In this document: positions 45,022-53,455 of the stretch, one piece after another | Position numbering within the stretch: position 1 is the stretch's first letter | Layout: every line of letters starts with the position of its first letter | IMG/VR virus record: IMGVR_UViG_3300045988_076436 | Source of the DNA: a virus | Reading direction: 5' to 3' (one strand) | DNA length: 64,000 nucleotides | The notes under the pieces: model-generated | Databases searched by the model: none | What the model saw: only the letters and a program-made list of their open reading frames with translations | What the model was told of the DNA's origin: nothing | Program-made: the position numbers and the translations under genes

Positions 45022-45198
45022 ATGCGCCAACCCAAACGCAGGGCTAACCTGCTCTACAAACTCCGTAGGAGAGGTATCCGATGCGACACCAAGCAGCGTT
45101 GCATCTACCTCCCCTATATGGAGTCTCCTAAGAAGTATCCACAAATACCACGGCTCTGCCGTGAGTTCCACTTCTATGTTCAATTCATCATCACATGA
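45022..45198 (+). CDS. hypothetical basic mini-protein (58 aa)
   Basis: Not in the ORF track. ATG 45022 is 2 nt after the previous stop, with an ATGA overlap onto the methyltransferase start. MRQPKRRANLLYKLRRRGIRCDTKQRC... Confidence 0.35.
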   Translation: MRQPKRRANLLYKLRRRGIRCDTKQRCIYLPYMESPKKYPQIPRLCREFHFYVQFIIT

Positions 45199-46271
45199 GC
45201 AACAATACAATCCGTGTCTTTGAAGCCTTTGCAGGTTACGGCTCGCAGTCTATCGCCCTCCAACGGCTTGCCAACGATTTTGCCGACTTCCGCTTTACGG
45301 TGGTCGGCATTTCCGAGATTGACAAGCACGCCATCGCTGCCTACCGTGCCATTCATGGCGACCATGCCCCCAACTTCGGAGACATCATGCACATTGACTG
45401 GCTGCAAGTTCCCGACTTCGACCTGCTCACATACTCTTTTCCATGTCAAGATATATCCTCGGCTGGCCGTCAGCGTGGCTTTGCGCAGGGTAGCGGCACG
45501 CGCTCTTCCTGTCTGTGGGCTTGTGCCGACGCTATCTCTGCCAAGCATCCCAAGTGGCTGCTCATGGAGAATGTCAAGGCTCTCACACAAAGGAAGTTTG
45601 CCAAGGACTTCTACAAGTGGCGCGAATGGCTTTCCGACCAAGGCTATACAAGTTACTTCCAAGTCCTCAATGCCAAGGAGTACGGCATACCGCAAAACCG
45701 TGAGCGTGTCTTTATGGTGTCCTGCCTGGGCGAACACCCTCGTTTCTTCTTTCCCAAGACGTTCCCTTTGGAGTACCGACTGAAAGATATTCTTGAGGAC
45801 AATGTGGACGAGAGTTATTACTTGAAGCCTCAGCAGGTGGAGAGTATCATCAGGCATTGCGAGCGCAAGGTGGCAGAGGGGTGCGGTTTCAAGGTAAACT
45901 TCCAGTCGCCCGATGACATCAGCGGTGCAATCAAGACCAAGGAGGGGCAACGTGAATACGACACCTACATCAAGGAGCCGCTCAACACCGATATGCAGGG
46001 CAACTCTCGCACCATCACTGCCCATTACCATAAGTTGGGCTACACCGACTTTTCAAGCGACCTCTGTCCGCATACTGGTGTCATGGAGTATTCGCCTCTC
46101 TTCTTGGGCTACACTCGCGACCACAAGGGCAAGGTGGTGTCCCACAACCTAAAGGACATCAGCAACACAATTGTCGCATCCAACCATGGGCGCAATGGCA
46201 GCTCAGCGCAGTATCTCGTAGAGCCGATGATTTACAGCAGTCCTCACGGGTTTAATTTCGGGGGGGGGTAA
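45195..46271 (+). CDS. DNA (cytosine-5)-methyltransferase, N-terminal 357 aa (motifs I-VIII plus TRD), truncated by a frameshift
   Basis: Motif I FEAFAGYGSQ, motif IV FPCQDISSAG, motif VI ENVKAL, motif VIII QNRERVFMV. The frame ends FNFGGG* inside a G9 run. Confidence 0.85.
   Translation: MSNNTIRVFEAFAGYGSQSIALQRLANDFADFRFTVVGISEIDKHAIAAYRAIHGDHAPNFGDIMHIDWLQVPDFDLLTYSFPCQDISSAGRQRGFAQGSGTRSSCLWACADAISAKHPKWLLMENVKALTQRKFAKDFYKWREWLSDQGYTSYFQVLNAKEYGIPQNRERVFMVSCLGEHPRFFFPKTFPLEYRLKDILEDNVDESYYLKPQQVESIIRHCERKVAEGCGFKVNFQSPDDISGAIKTKEGQREYDTYIKEPLNTDMQGNSRTITAHYHKLGYTDFSSDLCPHTGVMEYSPLFLGYTRDHKGKVVSHNLKDISNTIVASNHGRNGSSAQYLVEPMIYSSPHGFNFGGG
46260..46268 (+). repeat. G9 homopolymer at the frameshift point of the C5-methyltransferase
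   Basis: g at 46260 plus gggggggg at 46261-46268. Removing one G fuses the two halves of the gene. Confidence 0.9.
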
Positions 46272-46551
46272 AAATTTAGCACCTACCGTAACTTCTTCCG
46301 CCTATGCCGACAATAACTTTCTCGTCAAGGACTTCCGCATCCGCAAACTCACGCCTCGCGAGTGTTTCCGTCTTATGGACGTGGCCGACTCCGACATCGA
46401 CAAGATACAGCAAGCGGGCATTTCCAAGACGCAGCAGTACAAACTCGCTGGCAACTCAATCGTGGTCTCCTGCCTCTACCATGTGTTCCGCAAGATGTTC
46501 ATCGACCATTCCAACGAACAGAAAGGATATGTGCAGCTCTCACTCTTCTAA
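46270..46551 (+). other. out-of-frame C-terminal segment of the C5-methyltransferase (motifs IX-X)
   Basis: +1 frame reads KNLAPTVTSSAYADNNFLVKDFRIRKLTPRECFRLMDV...QQYKLAGNSIVVSCLYHVF, ending at TAA 46549-46551. Confidence 0.8.
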
Positions 46552-46581
46552 ACTTAAAACATCAACAATGTCTCAACTTTA

Positions 46582-46589
46582 TATCTTTG
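46582..46589 (+). promoter_or_regulatory. -7 box TAtcTTTG only 4 nt before ATG 46594
   Basis: Perfect TAnnTTTG. The spacing implies a leaderless or near-leaderless transcript if it is functional. Confidence 0.3.
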
Positions 46590-46593
46590 CAAC

Positions 46594-46962
46594 ATGATAA
46601 AACTTTTGGAACGTACACGCCGCCCCGACATCACATTCTGCCGCAATGGACGCATATTCATCACGGCAAGGGTGGTGCGTCTCCTCTCGCTCCAGCCGGG
46701 TGACAGCATCAACATTGCTTTTCATCTTGGCGAGTGCTACCTGCTGGCATCCCGACATGAGAATGCCATCGGTCGCCACATCGCCCAATGTTACCCCACG
46801 AAGAAAGGCTCACGCAACTATTGCGCCAACTCCGTAATGCTCTGTCGGCTCATGCTCGATAACTGCCGCATCCGTGAGCAGCGTGCCTCTTTCATGGTGG
46901 GCAAGGAGGAAATGCGGAATGGTGAAGTGTACCTCCCCATAATCTATAAAATGCCGTTATGA
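46594..46962 (+). CDS. hypothetical protein with AbrB/SpoVT-like N-terminus (candidate regulator)
   Basis: ITFCRNGRIFITARVVRLLSLQPGDSINIAF resembles the swapped-hairpin AbrB/MazE motif. ATGA overlap with the next gene. Confidence 0.45.
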   Translation: MIKLLERTRRPDITFCRNGRIFITARVVRLLSLQPGDSINIAFHLGECYLLASRHENAIGRHIAQCYPTKKGSRNYCANSVMLCRLMLDNCRIREQRASFMVGKEEMRNGEVYLPIIYKMPL

Positions 46963-49646
46963 ACCAAGAAATCAAATACAGCGGATTTTCTGCCGTGCCG
47001 TCCGACTACGAATGTTCTGACGGCTCTCTTGCCGTGTCCATCAACCTGCTGCCCGAAGATGGTGCTTTGCAGCCAGTCCTGCCTCCGTCTGTTGAGGTAC
47101 AGCTTGCTGCCGAAACAGGCAGTTGCGTGTACATTCACGAGACGTCAAGTTTCACACATTACATAGTGGCCAATGGCAACACTTATAGTTGGTTCGACAA
47201 AGGAAAGCCAGATACGATTGTCTCTATTGGCAATGTTTCCAGTTGCATAAAGATTACATCAGTTGGCAATACGCTAATTTTTCTTACCGGGAATGGTATG
47301 CAATACTACCTGTGGAAAGGCGGCTCCACAGGCTACCTGTATCTTGGCTCGCATATTCCAGAATGTCCGCTGTCATTTGGTTTGCAGGGAGAATTAGTCC
47401 GCACAGACGAGTTCTCTATCAGTTTCAACGGCATCAGCGAGGGCGACATTTGGAAAGAGTTTTCTGACGACAACAAGACTAAGATAACAGACCAAGTATT
47501 GGCCAAGGTCAATAAGTTCATCGCAGAGGAGAGCACCAATAAGGGACGGTTCATCTATCCGTTCTTTGTCCGTTATGCCTATCGCCTGTATGACGGCACA
47601 CTGACTATGCACTCCGCACCCATTCTAATGATTGCATCTTCCGACCTCTCACCACAGGTTTTTTGGAACCATATCAAGGGTAAGGGGTCTTACAAAGATG
47701 CTACGATGCGTGTTGTCGGCATGGTGCATAAGTTGGATTATGCGGTTATTGAACAGTCCTACATAGACAATCTCTCCAATTGGAAAGACATTGTGCGCTC
47801 CGTTGATATTTTTTGTTCTAAGCCTATCTACACCTACGACCAGAACGGAAAGTGTGAACGGTTTGCACAATCATCCGACATTGACTCTTATTGTGTGTGC
47901 AAGCATACCAATCAAGCAGCATCTACCACTACATATCCATTGCGCTATCAAAAGCATACGTTCAACAAACTTTATGCGTTCACTTTCGACCCTACAAACC
48001 TCACTTATCCTGCCGGGCGTTTGATTTTGCCGCGTAGGTCGGTTGATGCTGTAAAGGAGGACATCAAATCTACATCGCAGTTTTACCTGCTCGAAAGCAT
48101 AAAGATTGAGGCACTCACCACCACACGCACATTGCTCAACATCGAAGAGGATTATCTTCAGTCATTGGTAACTCGCGAGGTTATGACTGACGATTATGAC
48201 AGCCACGACACGCTCATTCCTCGCTATGCGTTTGCCTACAACTCACGCCTCAACATTGCGAACATGAAGAAAATGTTGTTTGCTGGCTACAATGCGGCAT
48301 CTGTATTTTGTTATACAGATGGATATGTCGTCAATTGGAATGATGACCACATGACCCCTACATACTTTGACGACAAAGCTGCCTATTCTGTATACATTTA
48401 CATCAAGCAGGACGGCAGGGATATTATTGTAAGAGGGGATGCATATCAAATGGGCAACTATGATGCTCCAATGCTGTTCATATTCTATCCGAATGTCAAT
48501 GCTTACAAGGCTGTTATTGTTAAGTGGTTCGTTTGGGGTATGCCATACGAGGTGCAACTTGAACAGCATGGTTTCCTTAATGGTTCATTCTATTTTGGCG
48601 GTTGGGACAATCCCGAACAGAAAGGTTCTGTTCCAACGGTATCAAATATTGTCGACCGTATGATTGACGTACCCAACAAAATCTACACCTCCGAAGTCAA
48701 CAACCCTTTCTATTTCCCTCTTCTCGGCATCAACACCGTTGGTACAGGCGAGATAAAGGGCATCTGTTCCGCAGCCAAGGCTCTCTCGCAAGGTCAGTTC
48801 GGCCAGTTCCCTCTCTACGCTTTCACCACCGAGGGCGTATGGGCGTTGGAGGTGTCAAGCACAGGCACTTACTCCGCTCGCCAACCCATCACGCGCGATG
48901 TCTGCATCAATCCCGATGGCATCACACAACTCGACTCTGCCGTTCTCTTCCCAACCGACCGGGGCATCATGCTCATCAGCGGCTCGCAGACGCAGTGCAT
49001 ATCCGAGGCTATCAATTCCGAATATCCCTTTGACGCTACGCAGTTGCCGGGCTTCACTAAGCTGCACGCCATGCTCGGCCATGAGCCAGCCACCGACAAG
49101 TGCTTGCCAACACTGCCTTTCACGGAGTTCCTCAAAAAGTGTCAGATGATTTACGACTATGTACATCAGCGTGTCATCGTCTATGCGCCCTCCATCACTT
49201 ACGCTTATGTGTATTCGCTCAAGACGCAGCAGTGGGGCATGATATTCTCTCGCATTGCCTCGCACCTCAACTCCTATCCCGATGCGCTGGCGGTGGACGC
49301 AGACAATGCCGTCCTCAACTTCTCCGTGCCAAAGGCGGAGGCTGTCAAGTGCCTCTACACTACGCGCCCTCTCAAACTCGAAGCGGCCAATGTCCTCAAA
49401 ACCATCGACTGCATCATTCAGCGTGGTTTCTTCTGCAAAGGCAATGTCGCCACGGCTCTGTATGGCTCGCGCGATTTGGTCAACTGGCATTTGGTATGGT
49501 CAAGCAAAGACCACTATCTGCGCGGTTTTCGTGGATCACCCTACAAGTATTTCCGCATTGCAGGTGTCGCCACCCTCAATGCCGATGAAAATATCTTCGG
49601 TGCGTCCGTGCAGTTCACTCCACGACAGAACAACCAGCCACGCTGA
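46959..49646 (+). CDS. large hypothetical protein (895 aa; virion/structural candidate)
   Basis: Clean ORF, beta-rich and aromatic-rich, with no enzymatic motif found. Last gene of the plus-strand operon. Confidence 0.65.
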   Translation: MNQEIKYSGFSAVPSDYECSDGSLAVSINLLPEDGALQPVLPPSVEVQLAAETGSCVYIHETSSFTHYIVANGNTYSWFDKGKPDTIVSIGNVSSCIKITSVGNTLIFLTGNGMQYYLWKGGSTGYLYLGSHIPECPLSFGLQGELVRTDEFSISFNGISEGDIWKEFSDDNKTKITDQVLAKVNKFIAEESTNKGRFIYPFFVRYAYRLYDGTLTMHSAPILMIASSDLSPQVFWNHIKGKGSYKDATMRVVGMVHKLDYAVIEQSYIDNLSNWKDIVRSVDIFCSKPIYTYDQNGKCERFAQSSDIDSYCVCKHTNQAASTTTYPLRYQKHTFNKLYAFTFDPTNLTYPAGRLILPRRSVDAVKEDIKSTSQFYLLESIKIEALTTTRTLLNIEEDYLQSLVTREVMTDDYDSHDTLIPRYAFAYNSRLNIANMKKMLFAGYNAASVFCYTDGYVVNWNDDHMTPTYFDDKAAYSVYIYIKQDGRDIIVRGDAYQMGNYDAPMLFIFYPNVNAYKAVIVKWFVWGMPYEVQLEQHGFLNGSFYFGGWDNPEQKGSVPTVSNIVDRMIDVPNKIYTSEVNNPFYFPLLGINTVGTGEIKGICSAAKALSQGQFGQFPLYAFTTEGVWALEVSSTGTYSARQPITRDVCINPDGITQLDSAVLFPTDRGIMLISGSQTQCISEAINSEYPFDATQLPGFTKLHAMLGHEPATDKCLPTLPFTEFLKKCQMIYDYVHQRVIVYAPSITYAYVYSLKTQQWGMIFSRIASHLNSYPDALAVDADNAVLNFSVPKAEAVKCLYTTRPLKLEAANVLKTIDCIIQRGFFCKGNVATALYGSRDLVNWHLVWSSKDHYLRGFRGSPYKYFRIAGVATLNADENIFGASVQFTPRQNNQPR

Positions 49647-49751
49647 CAACCGTCCCCACGGCTTAGAAAGGCTTAGTGAGGCACAGCAAGGCTTATCAAG
49701 ATATTATTAGGTTAGTTTTTAGGTCAAGATTGTTTTTTAGGTAACACTTAA

Positions 49752-49793
49752 AGAGCCGGGATGCGTGATGCACCTCGGCTCTTGTCTTTCTTA
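49752..49793. terminator. hairpin between convergent operons
   Basis: AGAGCCG(49752-49758)...CGGCTCT(49776-49782) followed by TGTCTTTCTT on the plus strand. It separates the 895-aa gene (+) from the paralogue array (-). Confidence 0.4.
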
Positions 49794-50318
49794 TTCTATC
49801 CAGTGCTGCTTGATGCGTGTCCGTGCCAAGCGGCTCTGAATGGCGGTTCTTATCTCTGTCTCGGCCTCCGCTGCCTTGGCAAGCCATGTCTCGCTCTTGG
49901 CAGGGTTCGTGATGCTTAGCCAGTCGGCCACACCTCTGCACACTAAGTATTCGTGTATCAGCCTCTCCACCAATGTGAGCGTGGTCTGCGAGAATGTGGT
50001 CGGCACGTTCATCACGATTACATACTGTTGCCGCTCTTTCAGCGTGTCGTCAAAGTCCGTGTTCTCTATCTCTTTCTTCGCCCACGGATAGAGCAGCTCA
50101 CGGCACATCGACACGCCCAAGTCTATCACCCTTGTCATGCGGTCCACATTGCCGTCCTCGCCCACATCGGCCACCATGTGCTTGGCGTGTTCCGTCTCGG
50201 CTGGCATCACATGGCTCTCCACATAGGCGTAGTTCTTGATGTCGTACAGCAGTTGGTCGCGCTTGAATGTGAGGGTTACTTTTAGTGTCCCTCCGTCATT
50301 TTCCACACAGCAACTCAT
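49791..50318 (-). CDS. hypothetical protein, paralogue 3 of a tandem triplet
   Basis: 175 aa. Shares N-terminal (TLKVTLTFKRDQLLYDIKNY) and C-terminal (MNVPTTF...LIHEYL...ADWL) patterns with the two upstream genes. Confidence 0.6.
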   Translation of the reverse strand: MSCCVENDGGTLKVTLTFKRDQLLYDIKNYAYVESHVMPAETEHAKHMVADVGEDGNVDRMTRVIDLGVSMCRELLYPWAKKEIENTDFDDTLKERQQYVIVMNVPTTFSQTTLTLVERLIHEYLVCRGVADWLSITNPAKSETWLAKAAEAETEIRTAIQSRLARTRIKQHWIE

Positions 50319-50331
50319 AGGCTTCTCCTCC

Positions 50332-50838
50332 TTAGTCCGCAGGACGCTTCGGGCGGCTCCGCTTGCTCACGGCTTGCTGTATGCTCACAAGGCTCTTCTG
50401 TGCGAGTGCCACATACTGCTCCGCGTCTGCCTTGTTTGTCACCATGTACCACTCCGCAATGGCGGTGTTCTTCAGATAGTCGTGTATGGCCTCGCCAACG
50501 CCTGTCGTGGCGGCCTCATTGAAGTTGCTTGGCATCTGGAGTTTCAGCAACAGGTCGTCGCTGCCGTCATAGTGGCTGTTGTCGGTCGATGTACCATCCT
50601 CATCAAGGTATTCAGCAAGTTCGGTCTTTACCTCGGCAAAGCCTTTCTTGATAGAGCGCAGTATCTTCTCGCGGTTCTCCTCGTCCTCCGAGGCGAACAT
50701 GCTGGCCACTTCCTTGTGGTTCTCCTTGTTCTGTATCGTGCGTCCGCGAAGAAAGGTCTCGTTCATGATGTCGTACAGCAGCCAGTCTATCTTGATGGTT
50801 GCTGTTACCTCTTTCTTTGCACCTAATGTTTCTGACAT
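50332..50838 (-). CDS. hypothetical protein, paralogue 2
   Basis: 168 aa. VTATIKIDWLLYDIMNE ... LQMPSNF ... AIHDYL ... AEWY ... SKRSRPKRPAD. Confidence 0.6.
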   Translation of the reverse strand: MSETLGAKKEVTATIKIDWLLYDIMNETFLRGRTIQNKENHKEVASMFASEDEENREKILRSIKKGFAEVKTELAEYLDEDGTSTDNSHYDGSDDLLLKLQMPSNFNEAATTGVGEAIHDYLKNTAIAEWYMVTNKADAEQYVALAQKSLVSIQQAVSKRSRPKRPAD

Positions 50839-50858
50839 ATTCTGTTTCTTTTTGTTGG

Positions 50859-51395
50859 TTAATCACTTGGGCGTGTCGGTTTCTTCCTGCTGTACAGCAG
50901 TCGTTCCGCTCCGTCCATCATTTCTCCTGCTTGGTTGAAGTAGTCGGTGGCCTCGCCCTTATTGGCCAACTTGAACCATTGGCCGATGATTGATGTGATG
51001 AAGAAGTTGCGCAGGGCTGACTGCACATTGCTTGTCAGTTCCTTGTCAAACGACTTGCTCACTTCCAGCACTGCTTCGTATGCGGTCCTCATGATGACAG
51101 GCTTGATTGGCAGACCTATGTTAGGTTGTGCCAAATCCTTTGTACCCCATATATCGGTGGACACCTGTACATCTTTGGTCGTTCCCGACACAAGCATTTC
51201 TTTCAGTCGCTCGTTGGTGGCAAGCACCGACTCTTCCCAAAATCTGCCAAGGTCGCTCAGCTCGTTGTCGGTGGCGAGTATGCGGTCTCGCGCTTTCTCG
51301 TCTCCGTCTATGAGTTTCGCACCTGTGTAGTCCGTGGCTTTTGCCACTTCCTCATACACATCGTCCTTGAATACTTGTATGGTTATCGTCTCCAT
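50859..51395 (-). CDS. hypothetical protein, paralogue 1
   Basis: Start moved to ATG 51395 (METITIQVFKDDVYEEV), which gives an ATGA overlap with the upstream gene. Ends SRKKPTRPSD. Confidence 0.6.
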   Translation of the reverse strand: METITIQVFKDDVYEEVAKATDYTGAKLIDGDEKARDRILATDNELSDLGRFWEESVLATNERLKEMLVSGTTKDVQVSTDIWGTKDLAQPNIGLPIKPVIMRTAYEAVLEVSKSFDKELTSNVQSALRNFFITSIIGQWFKLANKGEATDYFNQAGEMMDGAERLLYSRKKPTRPSD

Positions 51396-51952
51396 CAGAA
51401 TGAAATGATTGAATAAGTTAATCCTATGCCCACATACGGCTGCATTCCTTTCGTGCCTATGCCGTACCCGGTCGTTATGCCTATGTGCCACCGCTTAGGG
51501 GGCTGCTTCTCCTTGATGGTTACCACCTCATGCAGCGGATACACAAAGATGCTGTCGAGCCGTGCGTGTACGCCACTGACGTATGCCTTGTAGTCCGCGC
51601 TCTCATACACGCTCTGCATGATGGGCAGCTCTATTGTCGCGCTGTCCGAACCGTTGGCGGCAATGCCTTTTGCATAACCCTTTGCCGTGTCGGTGTCGGC
51701 TCTGATGGGTGGCAGTGCTGCATCGCCCATCTTGATGCAGTCCGTTGGCACTCTCACCTCGGCAGTTCCGACTGGCTGCTCGCTGGTGTACTTAGGTTCT
51801 CCCGGCACGTCTCTTACCGTGTCGCGCTTTATGATGGTGTCGGTTTGGATCACGATGTTGTGGCCGTTCCCTGCCTTGGGTTCGGGGTAGAGCAGTGCCA
51901 CAAGCAGGAGCGTGAGCAACACGCCTCCTACAAAACTCAATGCGTGTTTCAT
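51395..51952 (-). CDS. membrane-anchored protein of the lysis cassette (spanin-like role possible)
   Basis: Start moved to ATG 51952 (MKHALSFVGGVLLTLLLVALLY signal/anchor). Overlaps the amidase stop. The C-terminus GITTGYGIGTKGMQPYVGIGLTYSIISF looks beta-strand-like. Confidence 0.55.
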   Translation of the reverse strand: MKHALSFVGGVLLTLLLVALLYPEPKAGNGHNIVIQTDTIIKRDTVRDVPGEPKYTSEQPVGTAEVRVPTDCIKMGDAALPPIRADTDTAKGYAKGIAANGSDSATIELPIMQSVYESADYKAYVSGVHARLDSIFVYPLHEVVTIKEKQPPKRWHIGITTGYGIGTKGMQPYVGIGLTYSIISF

Positions 51953-52602
51953 GCTTTCGTGTGTTTGATGTAGTCCGTAATGCCTTTGTAGTGCAACTGC
52001 ACGATGCTCCGCACGCCCTCCTCGCTCAACAGATATTCCACGTCTGCCTTGTTGTCTTGGAAGAGGTTCTCCGTCAGCACGGCTGCGCACTTGGTATGCA
52101 GCAGTATGTAGAAGCGTGCCTCATAGTCGGGGTCTTTGTCGCTCCAGTCGGCACGCATGGGTTTCTGCTTGCTGTCGTAGTCGCCCTTGGCCTTGTGCAC
52201 GTCAAAGCTGCCGATGTAGTCTTTCAGGCTTTCCTCGGCTGCGTTCCACAGGTCGGTGGCAAGCAGGTCGGCACTCGTCTGGCCGGGCGAGGTATATACG
52301 CACCAGCCTCCTGCGCTCTTCCACTGGCCGTCAGCTCCTGCGGCATTGTGGTGTATCGACACGAGGAGCACGTTCTTCGCTCCGTACTTGTCGCAGTACT
52401 TGTTGGCTCGCTTGCATCGCTCGGCAAGCGACACATCGGTCTCTTCGGGTACGAGCAGGTGTGCCTCCACTCCGTTGCTCAGTAGGGTGTTCACCAACCT
52501 GCGTGCTATCTCTCTCGCTTTCTTGTATTCGCGCAACCGCTTGTCGGGGCTGCACTTGCCCGGTGTGTTCTCACCGTGGCCGTTGTCAATCAACACTATC
52601 AT
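51949..52602 (-). CDS. N-acetylmuramoyl-L-alanine amidase (endolysin)
   Basis: MIVLIDNGHGENTPGK ... LLVSIHHNAAG ... TENLFQDN is the Amidase_3 pattern. Confidence 0.85.
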   Translation of the reverse strand: MIVLIDNGHGENTPGKCSPDKRLREYKKAREIARRLVNTLLSNGVEAHLLVPEETDVSLAERCKRANKYCDKYGAKNVLLVSIHHNAAGADGQWKSAGGWCVYTSPGQTSADLLATDLWNAAEESLKDYIGSFDVHKAKGDYDSKQKPMRADWSDKDPDYEARFYILLHTKCAAVLTENLFQDNKADVEYLLSEEGVRSIVQLHYKGITDYIKHTKA

Positions 52603-53107
52603 CTTTCTCTTCTTTTAGTTTGTTAAGGTTCACGTCAAAGTGTCTTGCCGTCTTGTCCACCATCACTTGCTGCAATGCTTTCCAAAAGCGGTGCTCTGCC
52701 TCTGGTCGGCAGCTGCTCTCGTTCTCCAGTATCGACCATGCCTGTTCAAAGCATATCACGCCTGTAAGGATATACGACAACGGCACTTGCATGTGTATGA
52801 ACACCCAATGCTCCGCCAAGTATGCCAGCACTATCAGCCACAACCGCTTGGGTATGGTCTGTTTCACCACCTTGCCAAAAGCGAATGAGGTAAACTTTGC
52901 TTTCTTCCTGTCGGTCTTTTCGGGATAGGCTGCGTGTACGCGCTTGTCGAGCTTGAAAGCGGTGTATGCGTCATACAATATAAAGATGATGGCTACCGCT
53001 ATCAAGGGGAATGTCGGTCTGAATTCTGCCACAAGCCAGCCTACCATGCCGCCCACGGCCATGGCCGCGAACTTCCAAAGTTTGAATACTACTGCCATAC
53101 TGCCCAT
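52586..53107 (-). CDS. holin candidate (3-4 TM)
   Basis: Start moved to ATG 53107. TM segments FAAMAVGGMVGWLVA, FPLIAVAIIFILY, LWLIVLAYLAEHWVF and LSYILTGVICF, plus an EQAWSILENES motif as in LL-H-type holins. Directly upstream of the amidase. Confidence 0.6.
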   Translation of the reverse strand: MGSMAVVFKLWKFAAMAVGGMVGWLVAEFRPTFPLIAVAIIFILYDAYTAFKLDKRVHAAYPEKTDRKKAKFTSFAFGKVVKQTIPKRLWLIVLAYLAEHWVFIHMQVPLSYILTGVICFEQAWSILENESSCRPEAEHRFWKALQQVMVDKTARHFDVNLNKLKEEKDDSVD

Positions 53108-53328
53108 CTTATTAAGCGTCCTACAACTACTCCTGCCACCGTGCAGCCGAAGTCTATCCAATCCCACTTGCCGCCCCACAACTCATCTTTGAGTTCCAAG
53201 GCTGCGGCTACGCCCACTCCTGCATACGCTGCGCAATAGGTGCTGTTCGCTCCAAGTCCTATCACCACACCGCCAACAAAGTGCTTGTATCGGTTGCTCG
53301 CTCCGAGCCATTTGATAATCTTCTTCAT
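53089..53328 (-). CDS. small membrane protein (79 aa; second holin/antiholin candidate)
   Basis: FVGGVVIGLGANSTYCAAYAGVGVAAAL and FGCTVAGVVVGRLI. Confidence 0.5.
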   Translation of the reverse strand: MKKIIKWLGASNRYKHFVGGVVIGLGANSTYCAAYAGVGVAAALELKDELWGGKWDWIDFGCTVAGVVVGRLIRWAVWQ

Positions 53329-53401
53329 GTCAATAAGAATTTAGTTCATGGCAAATTTACTTACAGGCATGGTTCTTTCCCTTTTATCTGTTGTGGCACA
53401 C

Positions 53402-53436
53402 TAAAAAAGGGACACAAGATTGCTCCTGCGTCCCTC
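53402..53436 (-). terminator. rho-independent terminator candidate
   Basis: Minus strand AGGGAC(53435-53430)...GTCCCT(53413-53408) followed by TTTTT. Confidence 0.45.
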
Positions 53437-53455
53437 TGATAGGTTCTCGTTTCCC

